Virus record (IMG/VR): IMGVR_UViG_3300036904_000006
Coordinates: 1-31,677 of that record
From: a virus
Lineage: Duplodnaviria; Caudoviricetes
Length of the DNA: 31,677 nt
Reading direction: 5' to 3' (one strand)
The notes beneath the pieces were generated by a model, which was not told where the DNA came from, made no database searches, and was given only the letters and a program-made list of their open reading frames with translations. Shown here in pieces: positions 1 to 7,806 of this stretch (position 1 is the stretch's first letter; every line of letters begins with the position of its first letter). A program made the position numbers and the translations under genes.

Positions 1-1
1 A

Positions 2-1015
2 CTGGTGGACTTGCGACATGCTCCCGGCTGTGCCTGCCCATGTGACGGTGGGGGCGGTCTCCGAGCCGGTGACGTAGCAGTATGCCTTCGTGCCTGTTTG
101 CGTCGGGCCGCTCCAGGTCTCAACCACGGTCCACCCGGAGGACCACGTCGGCGAAATCCCCGTCGCGGTAATCGAGCAGGTGGCCAGCAACAGATTGCCG
201 GTGGTCCGGGTCGTTGGCAGCGACGGCGTATTGGTCGTCGCGTTCACCAGATTGATCGGTCCAGAGCTGATGTATTTCGGCCCGGACCATGTCGTCGTCG
301 GTGCAGCCTTAATGGCGTCCACAACAGCCATGTACTGGGTCGTGGAGGTATCCCCAATGAACACATTCTGCGACGCGCCCGATAGCGCGGAACTTAGGAC
401 CTTGTACTCGGCATACATGGCTGAGTAGCTGCCGTTGCCGATGAGACCTGCGATTGATGTGAAGCCACTATCGGCAGACGGCACCGAGCTGCCGCCATTC
501 GTCTGGGCGAAGAAGCACAACTCCATGATATTGGCGTTGTTCGTCGAGATACCTGTCACAGTGTGCAATGCTGAGCCGCCGGAGGCGTCAATCGACACAA
601 TGGCTGGGAGCGACGCGTTCGTGTCCCACGGCAGCAACAAGTCCGCGCCGTTGACGCCGAAGGCGAACATCTCACCGTAGTTGTTGCTGCCTCCGTTCGT
701 GAACGTCGCTGTAATGGTGTCGGATGTCAGCGCTCCAGGCGAGACCGCCCACCACACATCCACGAAGTGCTGGAAGCTACCGATCCCGCTGATCGGCTGA
801 ACCTTGTGCGTGCGCAGCGCCCATTGAAGCCCCGCCCCGTCTGCCATCGTCGAGACGCAGGGCGGCCCATACGGGCCGGAGGTCGTGTAGTTGTTCGTGA
901 AATAGTGGACGACAGCGACAATGATGTCATTCGTCAGCGACGTGGTTAGCGTCGTCGAGACGCCGGAGCCGGTGCCCACCGCGGAACTGGAGTAGCCGTC
1001 GAGCGTCAGGGTCAT
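2..1015 (-). CDS. Putative virion surface/fibre protein, beta-rich, partial (runs off left edge)
   Basis: Not in ORF track (no stop in window). ATG at 1015 with GGAG RBS; my translation MTLTLDGYSSSAVGTGSGVSTTLTTSLTNDIIVAVVHY...VDVWWAVSPGALTSDTITATF... stays open to the edge; S/T/G-rich; follows two fibre-base genes. Confidence 0.75.
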   Translation of the reverse strand, partial: MTLTLDGYSSSAVGTGSGVSTTLTTSLTNDIIVAVVHYFTNNYTTSGPYGPPCVSTMADGAGLQWALRTHKVQPISGIGSFQHFVDVWWAVSPGALTSDTITATFTNGGSNNYGEMFAFGVNGADLLLPWDTNASLPAIVSIDASGGSALHTVTGISTNNANIMELCFFAQTNGGSSVPSADSGFTSIAGLIGNGSYSAMYAEYKVLSSALSGASQNVFIGDTSTTQYMAVVDAIKAAPTTTWSGPKYISSGPINLVNATTNTPSLPTTRTTGNLLLATCSITATGISPTWSSGWTVVETWSGPTQTGTKAYCYVTGSETAPTVTWAGTAGSMSQVHQ

Positions 1016-1028
1016 GGCTGGCGCTCCG

Positions 1029-1463
1029 TCAGGTCTCGGTGATCACTGTCCCCGAATTGATCTGGGGCTGGACGCCGGACGATACAGTGATGCTGGGTGT
1101 CAGCGGGCCGCGCCACAAAATCTGACCTGCACCGGATGACGCCGTTCCGATCGAGAAGAACGTCTCGGTCTCGGACCCGCCCGTCGCGGTGACGAAGTCT
1201 TGGTTGGCGATCACTGTTGCGGTGTTGCCAGAGACGGTGAAGTTTGCCGACGTGGCCACGATCGCGAGCCGCGCGTAGCTGGTGTAGGCCGCCTCGCTGG
1301 TGTTCTGGTAGCCTGCCGCCCCTGGGTCGGCCGTGTGCAGCGCCCAGTAGAGCGTCTGCGACGCCGATCGGGTGAAGGTGATCGCCCCGAGCGTCGCAGT
1401 CGTGCCGTTCAGGAACAGCGCCAAGAACTGGTTGGCGAATGTCGTGCTCTTGCCGCCAGACAT
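1029..1463 (-). CDS. Phage fibre-base/structural protein (144 aa)
   Basis: GGAG RBS; LYWALHTADPG...EAAYTSYAR...FFSIGTASSGAGQILWRGPL pattern typical of a widespread small phage fibre-associated family. Confidence 0.75.
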   Translation of the reverse strand: MSGGKSTTFANQFLALFLNGTTATLGAITFTRSASQTLYWALHTADPGAAGYQNTSEAAYTSYARLAIVATSANFTVSGNTATVIANQDFVTATGGSETETFFSIGTASSGAGQILWRGPLTPSITVSSGVQPQINSGTVITET

Positions 1464-1475
1464 GGGGCGCTCCTA

Positions 1476-2027
1476 TTACGCCGAGGCGGCGGTGTAGGTG
1501 TAGGTGAGCTGGAGAATGTCGCCCGAGACCACTGACTTCGAGGCCGAGAACTGCGCGCCGGAGAACAGCGAGCCGGACGTGCCGTTGATAGTGGCGGTCG
1601 AGACCAGGAACGCGCCGTAGACGGTGACGGAGGCGTTGAAGGTGAAGCTCGCCTGGGAGGCCGTGTTGGTGATCTGCTGCGAGGAGGGGACCGCCGAGGT
1701 CCACGCCTGCCGCGCGCCCGCCGTGTATGCCGAGACTTCACCCGAGGAAGCGGCGATAGTGGCGGCGGTGTCGGTGGAGAGCACGGTGTAGTTGTTGGAG
1801 AACAGGCCGATGTACCAGCTCGTGATCACCGTCTGCGCGCCGAGCGCGGCTCCGAGCATGTAGTTGAGGCCCTGGTTGACCACCAAGTTCTTGCATGAGA
1901 ACTCGTCGATCACCTTGCCGTCGCGGATGATCCGGCCGTCGTAGCGGCCCACGCCGCGGATTTCGCTGATGGCCTCGTTGATGAGGTCGACCATGTCGGG
2001 GGTCATTGTCTCGCTCCTGGAGAACAT
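1476..2027 (-). CDS. Phage fibre-base/structural protein (183 aa)
   Basis: GAGGAG RBS; KNLVVNQGLNYML...WYIGLF...VYGAFLVS...GSLFSGAQF...KSVVSGDILQLTYT motif. Confidence 0.8.
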   Translation of the reverse strand: MFSRSETMTPDMVDLINEAISEIRGVGRYDGRIIRDGKVIDEFSCKNLVVNQGLNYMLGAALGAQTVITSWYIGLFSNNYTVLSTDTAATIAASSGEVSAYTAGARQAWTSAVPSSQQITNTASQASFTFNASVTVYGAFLVSTATINGTSGSLFSGAQFSASKSVVSGDILQLTYTYTAASA

Positions 2028-2051
2028 GAGGGCTCCTCACGGGAGCGGCAC

Positions 2052-2121
2052 GTCATTGTTCCTACACCACTGACGAGACACTGACAACGCCTTGACGCCA
2101 CTGACATGGCCATGATACCCC
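2052..2121. promoter_or_regulatory. Divergent promoter region with three CACTGAC boxes
   Basis: - strand TTGTCA(2087-2082)-N17-TAGGAA(2064-2059); + strand TTGACG(2092)-N18-TACCCC with TG extension; CACTGAC at 2068, 2079, 2099. Confidence 0.6.
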
Positions 2122-2151
2122 AGACGCGAGCAACTTTTATGCGAGGGTCTC

Positions 2152-2319
2152 ATGGCTCAGGTCAGTGCACGCACGATCTCCGAAAGCTCGATCCACGCGG
2201 TCATCACCCGCGCTGACGGCACGGTTGAGAACCTCGGCCTGATCTCTTTCCGATCCCGCAACCCCCTCCGCCGCTGGGGCTACCAGCTTGGCCGGCTTCT
2301 AGGCATCTGGAGACGCTGA
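2152..2319 (+). CDS. Small phage protein (55 aa)
   Basis: Below ORF-track cutoff; GAGGG RBS; MAQVSARTISESSIHAVITRADGTVENLGLISFRSRNPLRRWGYQLGRLLGIWRR; stop 1 nt before next ATG. Confidence 0.7.
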   Translation: MAQVSARTISESSIHAVITRADGTVENLGLISFRSRNPLRRWGYQLGRLLGIWRR

Positions 2320-2320
2320 T

Positions 2321-2698
2321 ATGTCCGCTCAGACCCAGCAAAACGGGCTCGCCCGCATGACGACGGCGCTGATCGCGCTATCCTGGTGGTTTCAGTGGGG
2401 CACTGGCGCGGGCGCGACCTCGTCCGCCAACGTCGTGACCACGACCTCGACGACCGAGGCCCGCGTTGTCGCGACGCCGTCCCAGGTGACGACCACCTCG
2501 ACCAACGACACGCTCCAGCTCGTCGGCACCATCACGGCAGCCGGCACGCGGGCGATCACCGAGGTCGGCGCGTTCGACGCGGTGGGCACCGGCTCTCCGC
2601 CGACCGGCGGCAACATGGACCTCTATGGGTCCTTCACCGTCATCAACCTGAACTCCGGCGACAGCATCGCCTTCACCGTCAAGGTCACGTACACGTGA
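2321..2698 (+). CDS. Phage fibre-base/structural protein (125 aa)
   Basis: GGAG RBS; WGTG...AITEVGAFDA...GNM...FTVINLNSGDSIAFTVKVTYT resembles C-terminal part of 1476-2027. Confidence 0.75.
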   Translation: MSAQTQQNGLARMTTALIALSWWFQWGTGAGATSSANVVTTTSTTEARVVATPSQVTTTSTNDTLQLVGTITAAGTRAITEVGAFDAVGTGSPPTGGNMDLYGSFTVINLNSGDSIAFTVKVTYT

Positions 2699-3057
2699 CA
2701 ACGTCGATCACCATACTGAGTGATCAGGTCACGACCGTCCCGATCGTGTTCAAGAACGCGGGGGGCACGGTCGTCGCGCCGATCGCGGGGGACACCTTCA
2801 CAGTGGTCTCCAGCTCGGCGAGCCTCGGCGCTGCGGTCGTCGGCGTCGGCAGCGTTGCCGGGCCGTCGCTCGTGCTGACGCCCAAGGTCCTTGCAGGCTC
2901 AGGGTATGTGGTGACGGTGTCCGACACCGCCGGCTTGCCGGTGCAGACCCTCACCGTCACGATCAGTGTGGACCCGGCACTTGCCACTCAGTGGTCCTTG
3001 ACGGTCGGCTCTCCCACCACCGTGACGCAGGCGATCCCGACAAACGCAGGGCCGTAA
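2695..3057 (+). CDS. Ig-like beta-sandwich structural protein (120 aa)
   Basis: GTGA overlap with upstream stop; V/T/S-rich strands (TTSITILSDQVTTVPIVFKNAGG...YVVTVSD...LTVTISVDP); the N-terminal part of the track ORF 2386 is a shadow frame. Confidence 0.65.
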   Translation: MTTSITILSDQVTTVPIVFKNAGGTVVAPIAGDTFTVVSSSASLGAAVVGVGSVAGPSLVLTPKVLAGSGYVVTVSDTAGLPVQTLTVTISVDPALATQWSLTVGSPTTVTQAIPTNAGP

Positions 3058-3061
3058 CGCC

Positions 3062-3523
3062 ATGAGCTACACCCTCCTCCAGACGGCATGGGCTGCGTCA
3101 AGCGCCTCGCCGGGAGCCCTGCCGGCGGGTGTGACAGGGACGTCGCTGTATGGCCTAGCGACCGCGGCGAAAGTGGCGGCGGTCAACGGGTGGACGTTCA
3201 CAGGGGCCGTCCCGACGACGATCTATGTCACCGGGGCGCAAGTCGCCAACTGCATCAACTGGACTGAGTTTGCGGCGCTGACGGCCGCGCAGCAGTCGGA
3301 CCTGTTGGCCCTCCTCAACAGTCCGGGTCCGCTACTGAGCGGCTCGGCGCAACTGGCGCAGCTCCTTCCGGGAATGCTGCTGGCCTACTTCACCAACCAC
3401 AGCGGCCCGACGATCACGGCCCTAACCGCGTTGGCCGCGGCAGCCGTGCAGCCCTGGACGCTGGCGAACGGCTACGGAGCCGGCATCACCATCACCGACG
3501 CGCAACTGGCAGGACTAAGCTAA
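3062..3523 (+). CDS. Hypothetical phage protein (153 aa)
   Basis: Operon-packed, normal codon usage, TAATG coupling to next gene. Confidence 0.7.
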   Translation: MSYTLLQTAWAASSASPGALPAGVTGTSLYGLATAAKVAAVNGWTFTGAVPTTIYVTGAQVANCINWTEFAALTAAQQSDLLALLNSPGPLLSGSAQLAQLLPGMLLAYFTNHSGPTITALTALAAAAVQPWTLANGYGAGITITDAQLAGLS

Positions 3524-4032
3524 TGGCAAACCGCACAAGCTGGGTAGCAGGTAACGGCGTCGGCCTCACCTGGACCACCGCGTTCAACGCCGGCTCAGGG
3601 CTCGACCTCAACGTCGGCCTCCAGAACGGCTACTCGATCCTGGCGTCCTCCACGGCGATCGCCAACGGGACGAACCTCGACCAGTTCGCAGCGGTCTCGT
3701 TCGTGGGCGCACTCGGCTCATCGAGCGCGATCGCGGCCGGTGCGAACCTCGCGTTCTGGCTCGCCATGCTCAACGAAGACGGCACGACCTATGGCGACAA
3801 CCAGTTGACGGCCGGCACGGCGTTCAACGGGACGCCGAGCTGGGGGCCGCCGACCTTCGTCCTGCCGCTCTACGCATCAACTCGAACCTCGATCATCGGT
3901 CAGATTTCCGGCGTCGTCTTGCCGCCCACGTCCTTCCTGTTCGTGATGCAGAACAACAGTGGCTTCACGCTTGCGACCGGCACGAGCAACGTCTGCAAAT
4001 ACATCACGTACAACCAGAACCTTAACGACTAA
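3523..4032 (+). CDS. Hypothetical beta-sandwich virion protein (169 aa)
   Basis: Translationally coupled; beta-rich (GVVLPPTSFLFVMQNNSGFTLA). Confidence 0.7.
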   Translation: MANRTSWVAGNGVGLTWTTAFNAGSGLDLNVGLQNGYSILASSTAIANGTNLDQFAAVSFVGALGSSSAIAAGANLAFWLAMLNEDGTTYGDNQLTAGTAFNGTPSWGPPTFVLPLYASTRTSIIGQISGVVLPPTSFLFVMQNNSGFTLATGTSNVCKYITYNQNLND

Positions 4033-4037
4033 CTCCG

Positions 4038-5915
4038 ATGGCCTTCCCTCGGCTCAGGAACCCGCTTGCGTTTCCGGGGACGAAGCCGGGGTTCGACCCG
4101 GCGCACCCCGCCTCGCAGAACTGCGTCCTGTCGGCCACCGCGTCGCCCGGCGGAGGCATGATCAACCTGCGCACTGGTGCCCCGTCGAGCACGCTCGGAA
4201 CAGTGACTTCCTCGGTTCGGACCATCGGCCCAACAATTGGGACGGCCTCTGCCGGTGTGTCGTTCCCACCAGTCCCGACCACATTCAGCTCCTTTACGGC
4301 GGCGGCGATCTTCATCCCCCTCAGCGCGAGCGGGCAGAACTCTTTGGTGTTCACAAGTAACGCGAACACGTATAGCTGCTACGGTATGTGGGGCGGCGGC
4401 GGTATCGAGTTTAGTAACTTCTCTACCCGGGTCACGTTCGGGCTGCCGGTGCCCACAGTCGGTGTGCCGTACTTCGCTGCTGTCTCGGCGCAGTCGGGGC
4501 TCCAGAACGCGATCTTGGTCGACCTGACCACCGGGCGCACGTATACCGGGATCGCAGCAACAACGATGGGCAGCTACGCCAACGGAGCGGTGTTCCCTGT
4601 CGGGTCTGGCGGCGGCTGGAGCGCCGGGACCGCCTACATCGCCGCCGCGATGATGGGTAGCGGGTTCCTGACACTCCCGCAGCTCCGGGCATGGGCCGCT
4701 GACCCTTGGGCCTTCTGGTATCCCCAGCCCCAACTCTCACTGATGGCGTCCGCCCTCAAGGCGATCGCCGGGGGCACGCAGTACAATCAGACCGTCCCGT
4801 GGACGACCACGAGCGCCCTCACAGCCATCAAACAGGCAGGGAAGGCGCAGCCGATCAGCTCCACGAGCGCCCTCACAGCCATCAAACAGGCAGGGAAGGC
4901 GCAGCCGATCAGCTCCACGAGCGCCCTGACAGCCATCAAGCAGGCCGAGAAGACGGCCTCCTGGACGACGACCAGCGCGCTCACCGCGATCAAGGGTGTG
5001 GCCCACGCCGTCGCGGTCTCGACGACCAGCGCGGTCTCGACGCTCGGCATCAAGGTCAAGCTGGCGCTCGTCACGATCTCGACCGTCAGCGCCTTGACTG
5101 TCCTCAAGCAGGCGCAGAAGGCGCAGACCTGGACGACCACAAGCGCCCTGACAGCCATCAAGCAGGCCAAGAAGACCGCCTCCTGGACGACAACGAGCGC
5201 CCTCAACGCGCTCAAGGGTGTGGCACACAGCCTTACGCTCTCGACAACCGGCGCGGTCTCGACCGCCGGGATCAAGGTCAAGTTGGCGCTCGTCACGATC
5301 TCTAGCTCCAGCACTGTGTCGGTAGTCAAGCGGGTCGGCAAGTCGGTCCTGTGGGGAACGATCGGCGCGCTCTCTGCAATCGGGAACAAGATCACCGGAG
5401 GCGTCACGCACCCCCTGACCGTGCTGATCTCGACCACGAGCGCGGTGTCGGTGGCCGCGGCGTGGGCCGCTGGGTTCATCCGCAAGGCGACCCTAACCCT
5501 GTTCGGTAGCCGGGCGCGCATGCTATTGTTCGGGCAGCGCACAGCCCTGGAGTTGACTGGCATGAGCACGTATCAGGACGGCAAATTCCACCTGGGCGAG
5601 ACCTGGCTGATCGCTGGCGTCGCGCGGGACGTGACCGGCGCGATCCTGCCGCTCACAGGCGCGACAATCCAGATGCGGCTAACCGCCAGCGGTGTGATCG
5701 CGCTCGACCTCGTGACCCCGACCACCGGGACGATCACCTCAGGGCCGAACGGGACCTACCAGTTCACGATCACCCCGGCGCAGAACGCCTCACTGGCCCT
5801 GAACAGCTACGACTACGAGGTGCGGGCGACCCTGGCGGACAGCTCAGTGGCGGTCCTCAACACAGGCAAGATCACCGTGCTACCGTCGAAGTTCGTCAAC
5901 TGGCCCCCGTTGTAG
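4038..5915 (+). CDS. Fibre/adhesin: LamG/ConA-like N-domain, 18-aa repeat stalk, C-terminal BppU-N/Ig-like domain (625 aa)
   Basis: N-domain ends LTLPQLRAWAADPWAFW (LamG-like ending); TTTSALTAIK repeats; C-term GETWLIAG..PLTGATIQMRL..GTYQFTITPAQ..YDYEVR..TGKITVLP. Confidence 0.7.
   Translation: MAFPRLRNPLAFPGTKPGFDPAHPASQNCVLSATASPGGGMINLRTGAPSSTLGTVTSSVRTIGPTIGTASAGVSFPPVPTTFSSFTAAAIFIPLSASGQNSLVFTSNANTYSCYGMWGGGGIEFSNFSTRVTFGLPVPTVGVPYFAAVSAQSGLQNAILVDLTTGRTYTGIAATTMGSYANGAVFPVGSGGGWSAGTAYIAAAMMGSGFLTLPQLRAWAADPWAFWYPQPQLSLMASALKAIAGGTQYNQTVPWTTTSALTAIKQAGKAQPISSTSALTAIKQAGKAQPISSTSALTAIKQAEKTASWTTTSALTAIKGVAHAVAVSTTSAVSTLGIKVKLALVTISTVSALTVLKQAQKAQTWTTTSALTAIKQAKKTASWTTTSALNALKGVAHSLTLSTTGAVSTAGIKVKLALVTISSSSTVSVVKRVGKSVLWGTIGALSAIGNKITGGVTHPLTVLISTTSAVSVAAAWAAGFIRKATLTLFGSRARMLLFGQRTALELTGMSTYQDGKFHLGETWLIAGVARDVTGAILPLTGATIQMRLTASGVIALDLVTPTTGTITSGPNGTYQFTITPAQNASLALNSYDYEVRATLADSSVAVLNTGKITVLPSKFVNWPPL
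4807..4945 (+). repeat. 54-bp tandem coding repeat (2 exact copies + 1 diverged partial)
   Basis: ccacgagcgccctcacagccatcaaacaggcagggaaggcgcagccgatcagct at 4807-4860 and 4861-4914; third copy begins 4915; degenerate 18-aa period continues to about 5460. Confidence 0.95.
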
Positions 5916-7023
5916 GCCCAACGAAGTCGCTGTTGGCGGCGCTGGCGCGGATGATGGTGGCTGAGACGTAGTCGCCGATCGCGGCGTTGTTCGTCGGCGT
6001 GCCGCCGCTCTGAGCAGCCGCGATGTATTGGTTCATCCCATCCTGCCGGCGATAGAACGCCGCGGCGCTGGTCGCGCTGGGGAAGAACATCTTGCTCTCT
6101 GTGATGTTCGTCGTGGTGCCGCCGTCCGAGGCGACGCAGACGCCCTGCGACGTCAGGAACATGAGCGCCACCTGGAGCTGCGTGTCCGCGCCCTGTGGCA
6201 CCTGCGGAGGGTTGCCCAGTTCGGCCGGGATCAGCACCATCGAGCCAGGGACCACCGGGCTGTCCATCACCCGGTCTTTCTTCCACTCGGGGTAGGTCGC
6301 TCCGGAGAGGAAGTAGAGCCCTTCGTCGGTGCCGACGTAGACGCCATCGCCGACCGCACCCACGAGCGTGATGGCCCCCTCGAACTGCTTGTACCCGGCG
6401 GTCTTGTCCACGAAGTTGTAGAGCCACGGCTCGGTCGCCCACAGCACATTGCCTTGGGCCAGAAGGATGCGCCCGCGGTAGTAGGCGAGGCTGGTGGCGT
6501 TCGGTGGCTTGCCGAGGAGCTGGCCGCGAATTGCCGGCAGGGTCGCAGTCGGGTTGACGACGGGCGACAGCCACAGCTCAGCTCCGACGCCCCACGGCCC
6601 TGCTGTGAGCGTCGGCAGGTTGATGATCCCGCTGTCCAAGGCGCTGGTGTAGTAGACCTGCGGGCCGACCTGGGCGTAGGCGAGCCCGAGGCCGACGCCG
6701 GCCGCCGGGTTTGTGCCGATGCCTGTCTGGAGCGCGAGGAAGCTGTAGTCCTGGTGCAGAACACCGAGCGTACCGTTGATGACGGCCAGCGTATGTCCTC
6801 GGCTGGTGTTGAACAGGCTGTGCGCATTGCCGGAGACTTTCTGGGCGAAGCCGCGCCGGCGCGAGACCTGGCCGCCATCGTCGAGCGTGACGTTGCGCGC
6901 CCGCACAAGATCGCGAGGGCTCAGGCGCTCCGGCTGAAGGGTGTTCTTGAGCCCGTCGAATTTCGCGAGAACGATCGGGTCGCCCGGCTGCGGGGCGTTG
7001 GGGTCAGGTTTCATCTGAGGCAT
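5896..7023 (-). CDS. Putative tail/stabilization (beta-propeller, tubular-B-like) protein (375 aa)
   Basis: FDGLKNT..LVRARNVTLDDGGQVSRRRGF N-terminal motif of podoviral tail propeller proteins; repeated strand units (DGVYVGTDEGLYFLSG). Confidence 0.65.
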   Translation of the reverse strand: MPQMKPDPNAPQPGDPIVLAKFDGLKNTLQPERLSPRDLVRARNVTLDDGGQVSRRRGFAQKVSGNAHSLFNTSRGHTLAVINGTLGVLHQDYSFLALQTGIGTNPAAGVGLGLAYAQVGPQVYYTSALDSGIINLPTLTAGPWGVGAELWLSPVVNPTATLPAIRGQLLGKPPNATSLAYYRGRILLAQGNVLWATEPWLYNFVDKTAGYKQFEGAITLVGAVGDGVYVGTDEGLYFLSGATYPEWKKDRVMDSPVVPGSMVLIPAELGNPPQVPQGADTQLQVALMFLTSQGVCVASDGGTTTNITESKMFFPSATSAAAFYRRQDGMNQYIAAAQSGGTPTNNAAIGDYVSATIIRASAANSDFVGPTTGAS

Positions 7024-7339
7024 GTGTCACCCGGTCACAACTAAGGCAGTCGGGGCGCGCCGCCAGCACCTCCTCCAACCGCTTGCGGAGGATTTGCACC
7101 TCCGCTGTCAGGTCGCGGATGCGGGACTCATAGCCATCCATCAGCGTGCGAAACCGCTGGGTCAGGTCATCCTCGTGCGCAATCTTCTTGACCTCGCGCT
7201 CGCCTTCGCGCCGCTTTTCAGCGATCTTCTCGTTCGACCGGGCAATGTGAACAGCCGCCGCCCAGCCGCCAAGGCCCCCGACAAGGGGGCCGATGACATC
7301 GTGAATTGAGAAGCCAAAGCTGGCCAGAAGCTCGAACAT
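7004..7339 (-). CDS. Membrane protein with coiled coil, holin-like (111 aa)
   Basis: MFELLASFGFSIHDVIGPLVGGLGGWAAAVHIA hydrophobic segment then heptads RIRDLTAEVQILRKRLEE; start reassigned to ATG 7339. Confidence 0.55.
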   Translation of the reverse strand: MFELLASFGFSIHDVIGPLVGGLGGWAAAVHIARSNEKIAEKRREGEREVKKIAHEDDLTQRFRTLMDGYESRIRDLTAEVQILRKRLEEVLAARPDCLSCDRVTHASDET

Positions 7340-7377
7340 CGGAGGGCACCCCAGAGCCTCAGATGTAGCACGCCGGG

Positions 7378-7803
7378 TCAGTGTACGGAAGCCCGCGACT
7401 TGCGCGTCGCCCAGCGCGCGATCTTCGGGTCGATCGGGATGCCCTGGATGCGGTCTTTCCTGATCTCGGCGGCGACGTAATCCTTCGCCGTGCGGATGAT
7501 CTCGCGGCTCACACGGAAGCCGCAGTCGCGCATCGCCTTCTGCGCCCACCGCTCGGCCTCGTACTCGATGACGTGGCTCGGCTTCTTGGTGCCGGTGTGC
7601 AGCCGCGCGTGCGCGACTTCGTGGAAGTAGACGTTCAGGGAGTAGTCGTCGCAGACCAGCGGAATGAAAATCGTCCGTTGACCCCAATCACACACACCCG
7701 ATGCGCCGGGCTGCTGTGCGCCACCCATCTTGACCCGCCATCCGCGGGGCTTGTAGGCGTGCATCAGTTGGCGCGCACGAGCTGGTGTGACGACGCAGGG
7801 CAT
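7378..7803 (-). CDS. ImmA/IrrE-like zinc metallopeptidase (141 aa)
   Basis: YFHEVAHARL (HExxH) with downstream EYEAERWA third-ligand motif and upstream G-x-C/strand-I-F-I. Confidence 0.65.
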   Translation of the reverse strand: MPCVVTPARARQLMHAYKPRGWRVKMGGAQQPGASGVCDWGQRTIFIPLVCDDYSLNVYFHEVAHARLHTGTKKPSHVIEYEAERWAQKAMRDCGFRVSREIIRTAKDYVAAEIRKDRIQGIPIDPKIARWATRKSRASVH

Positions 7804-7806
7804 GGG

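Noticed and set aside
2068-2105. CACTGAC triplet as mini-CRISPR or iterons
   Set aside because: Only 7 bp with irregular short spacing and no AT-rich unwinding region; fits operator boxes better
4807-4945. Direct repeats as a CRISPR array
   Set aside because: Contiguous 54-bp units with no spacers, in frame within a CDS; no cas genes
1-7023. Diversity-generating retroelement or invertase-driven shufflon acting on fibre genes
   Set aside because: No reverse transcriptase, TR/VR pair or recombinase visible in the window
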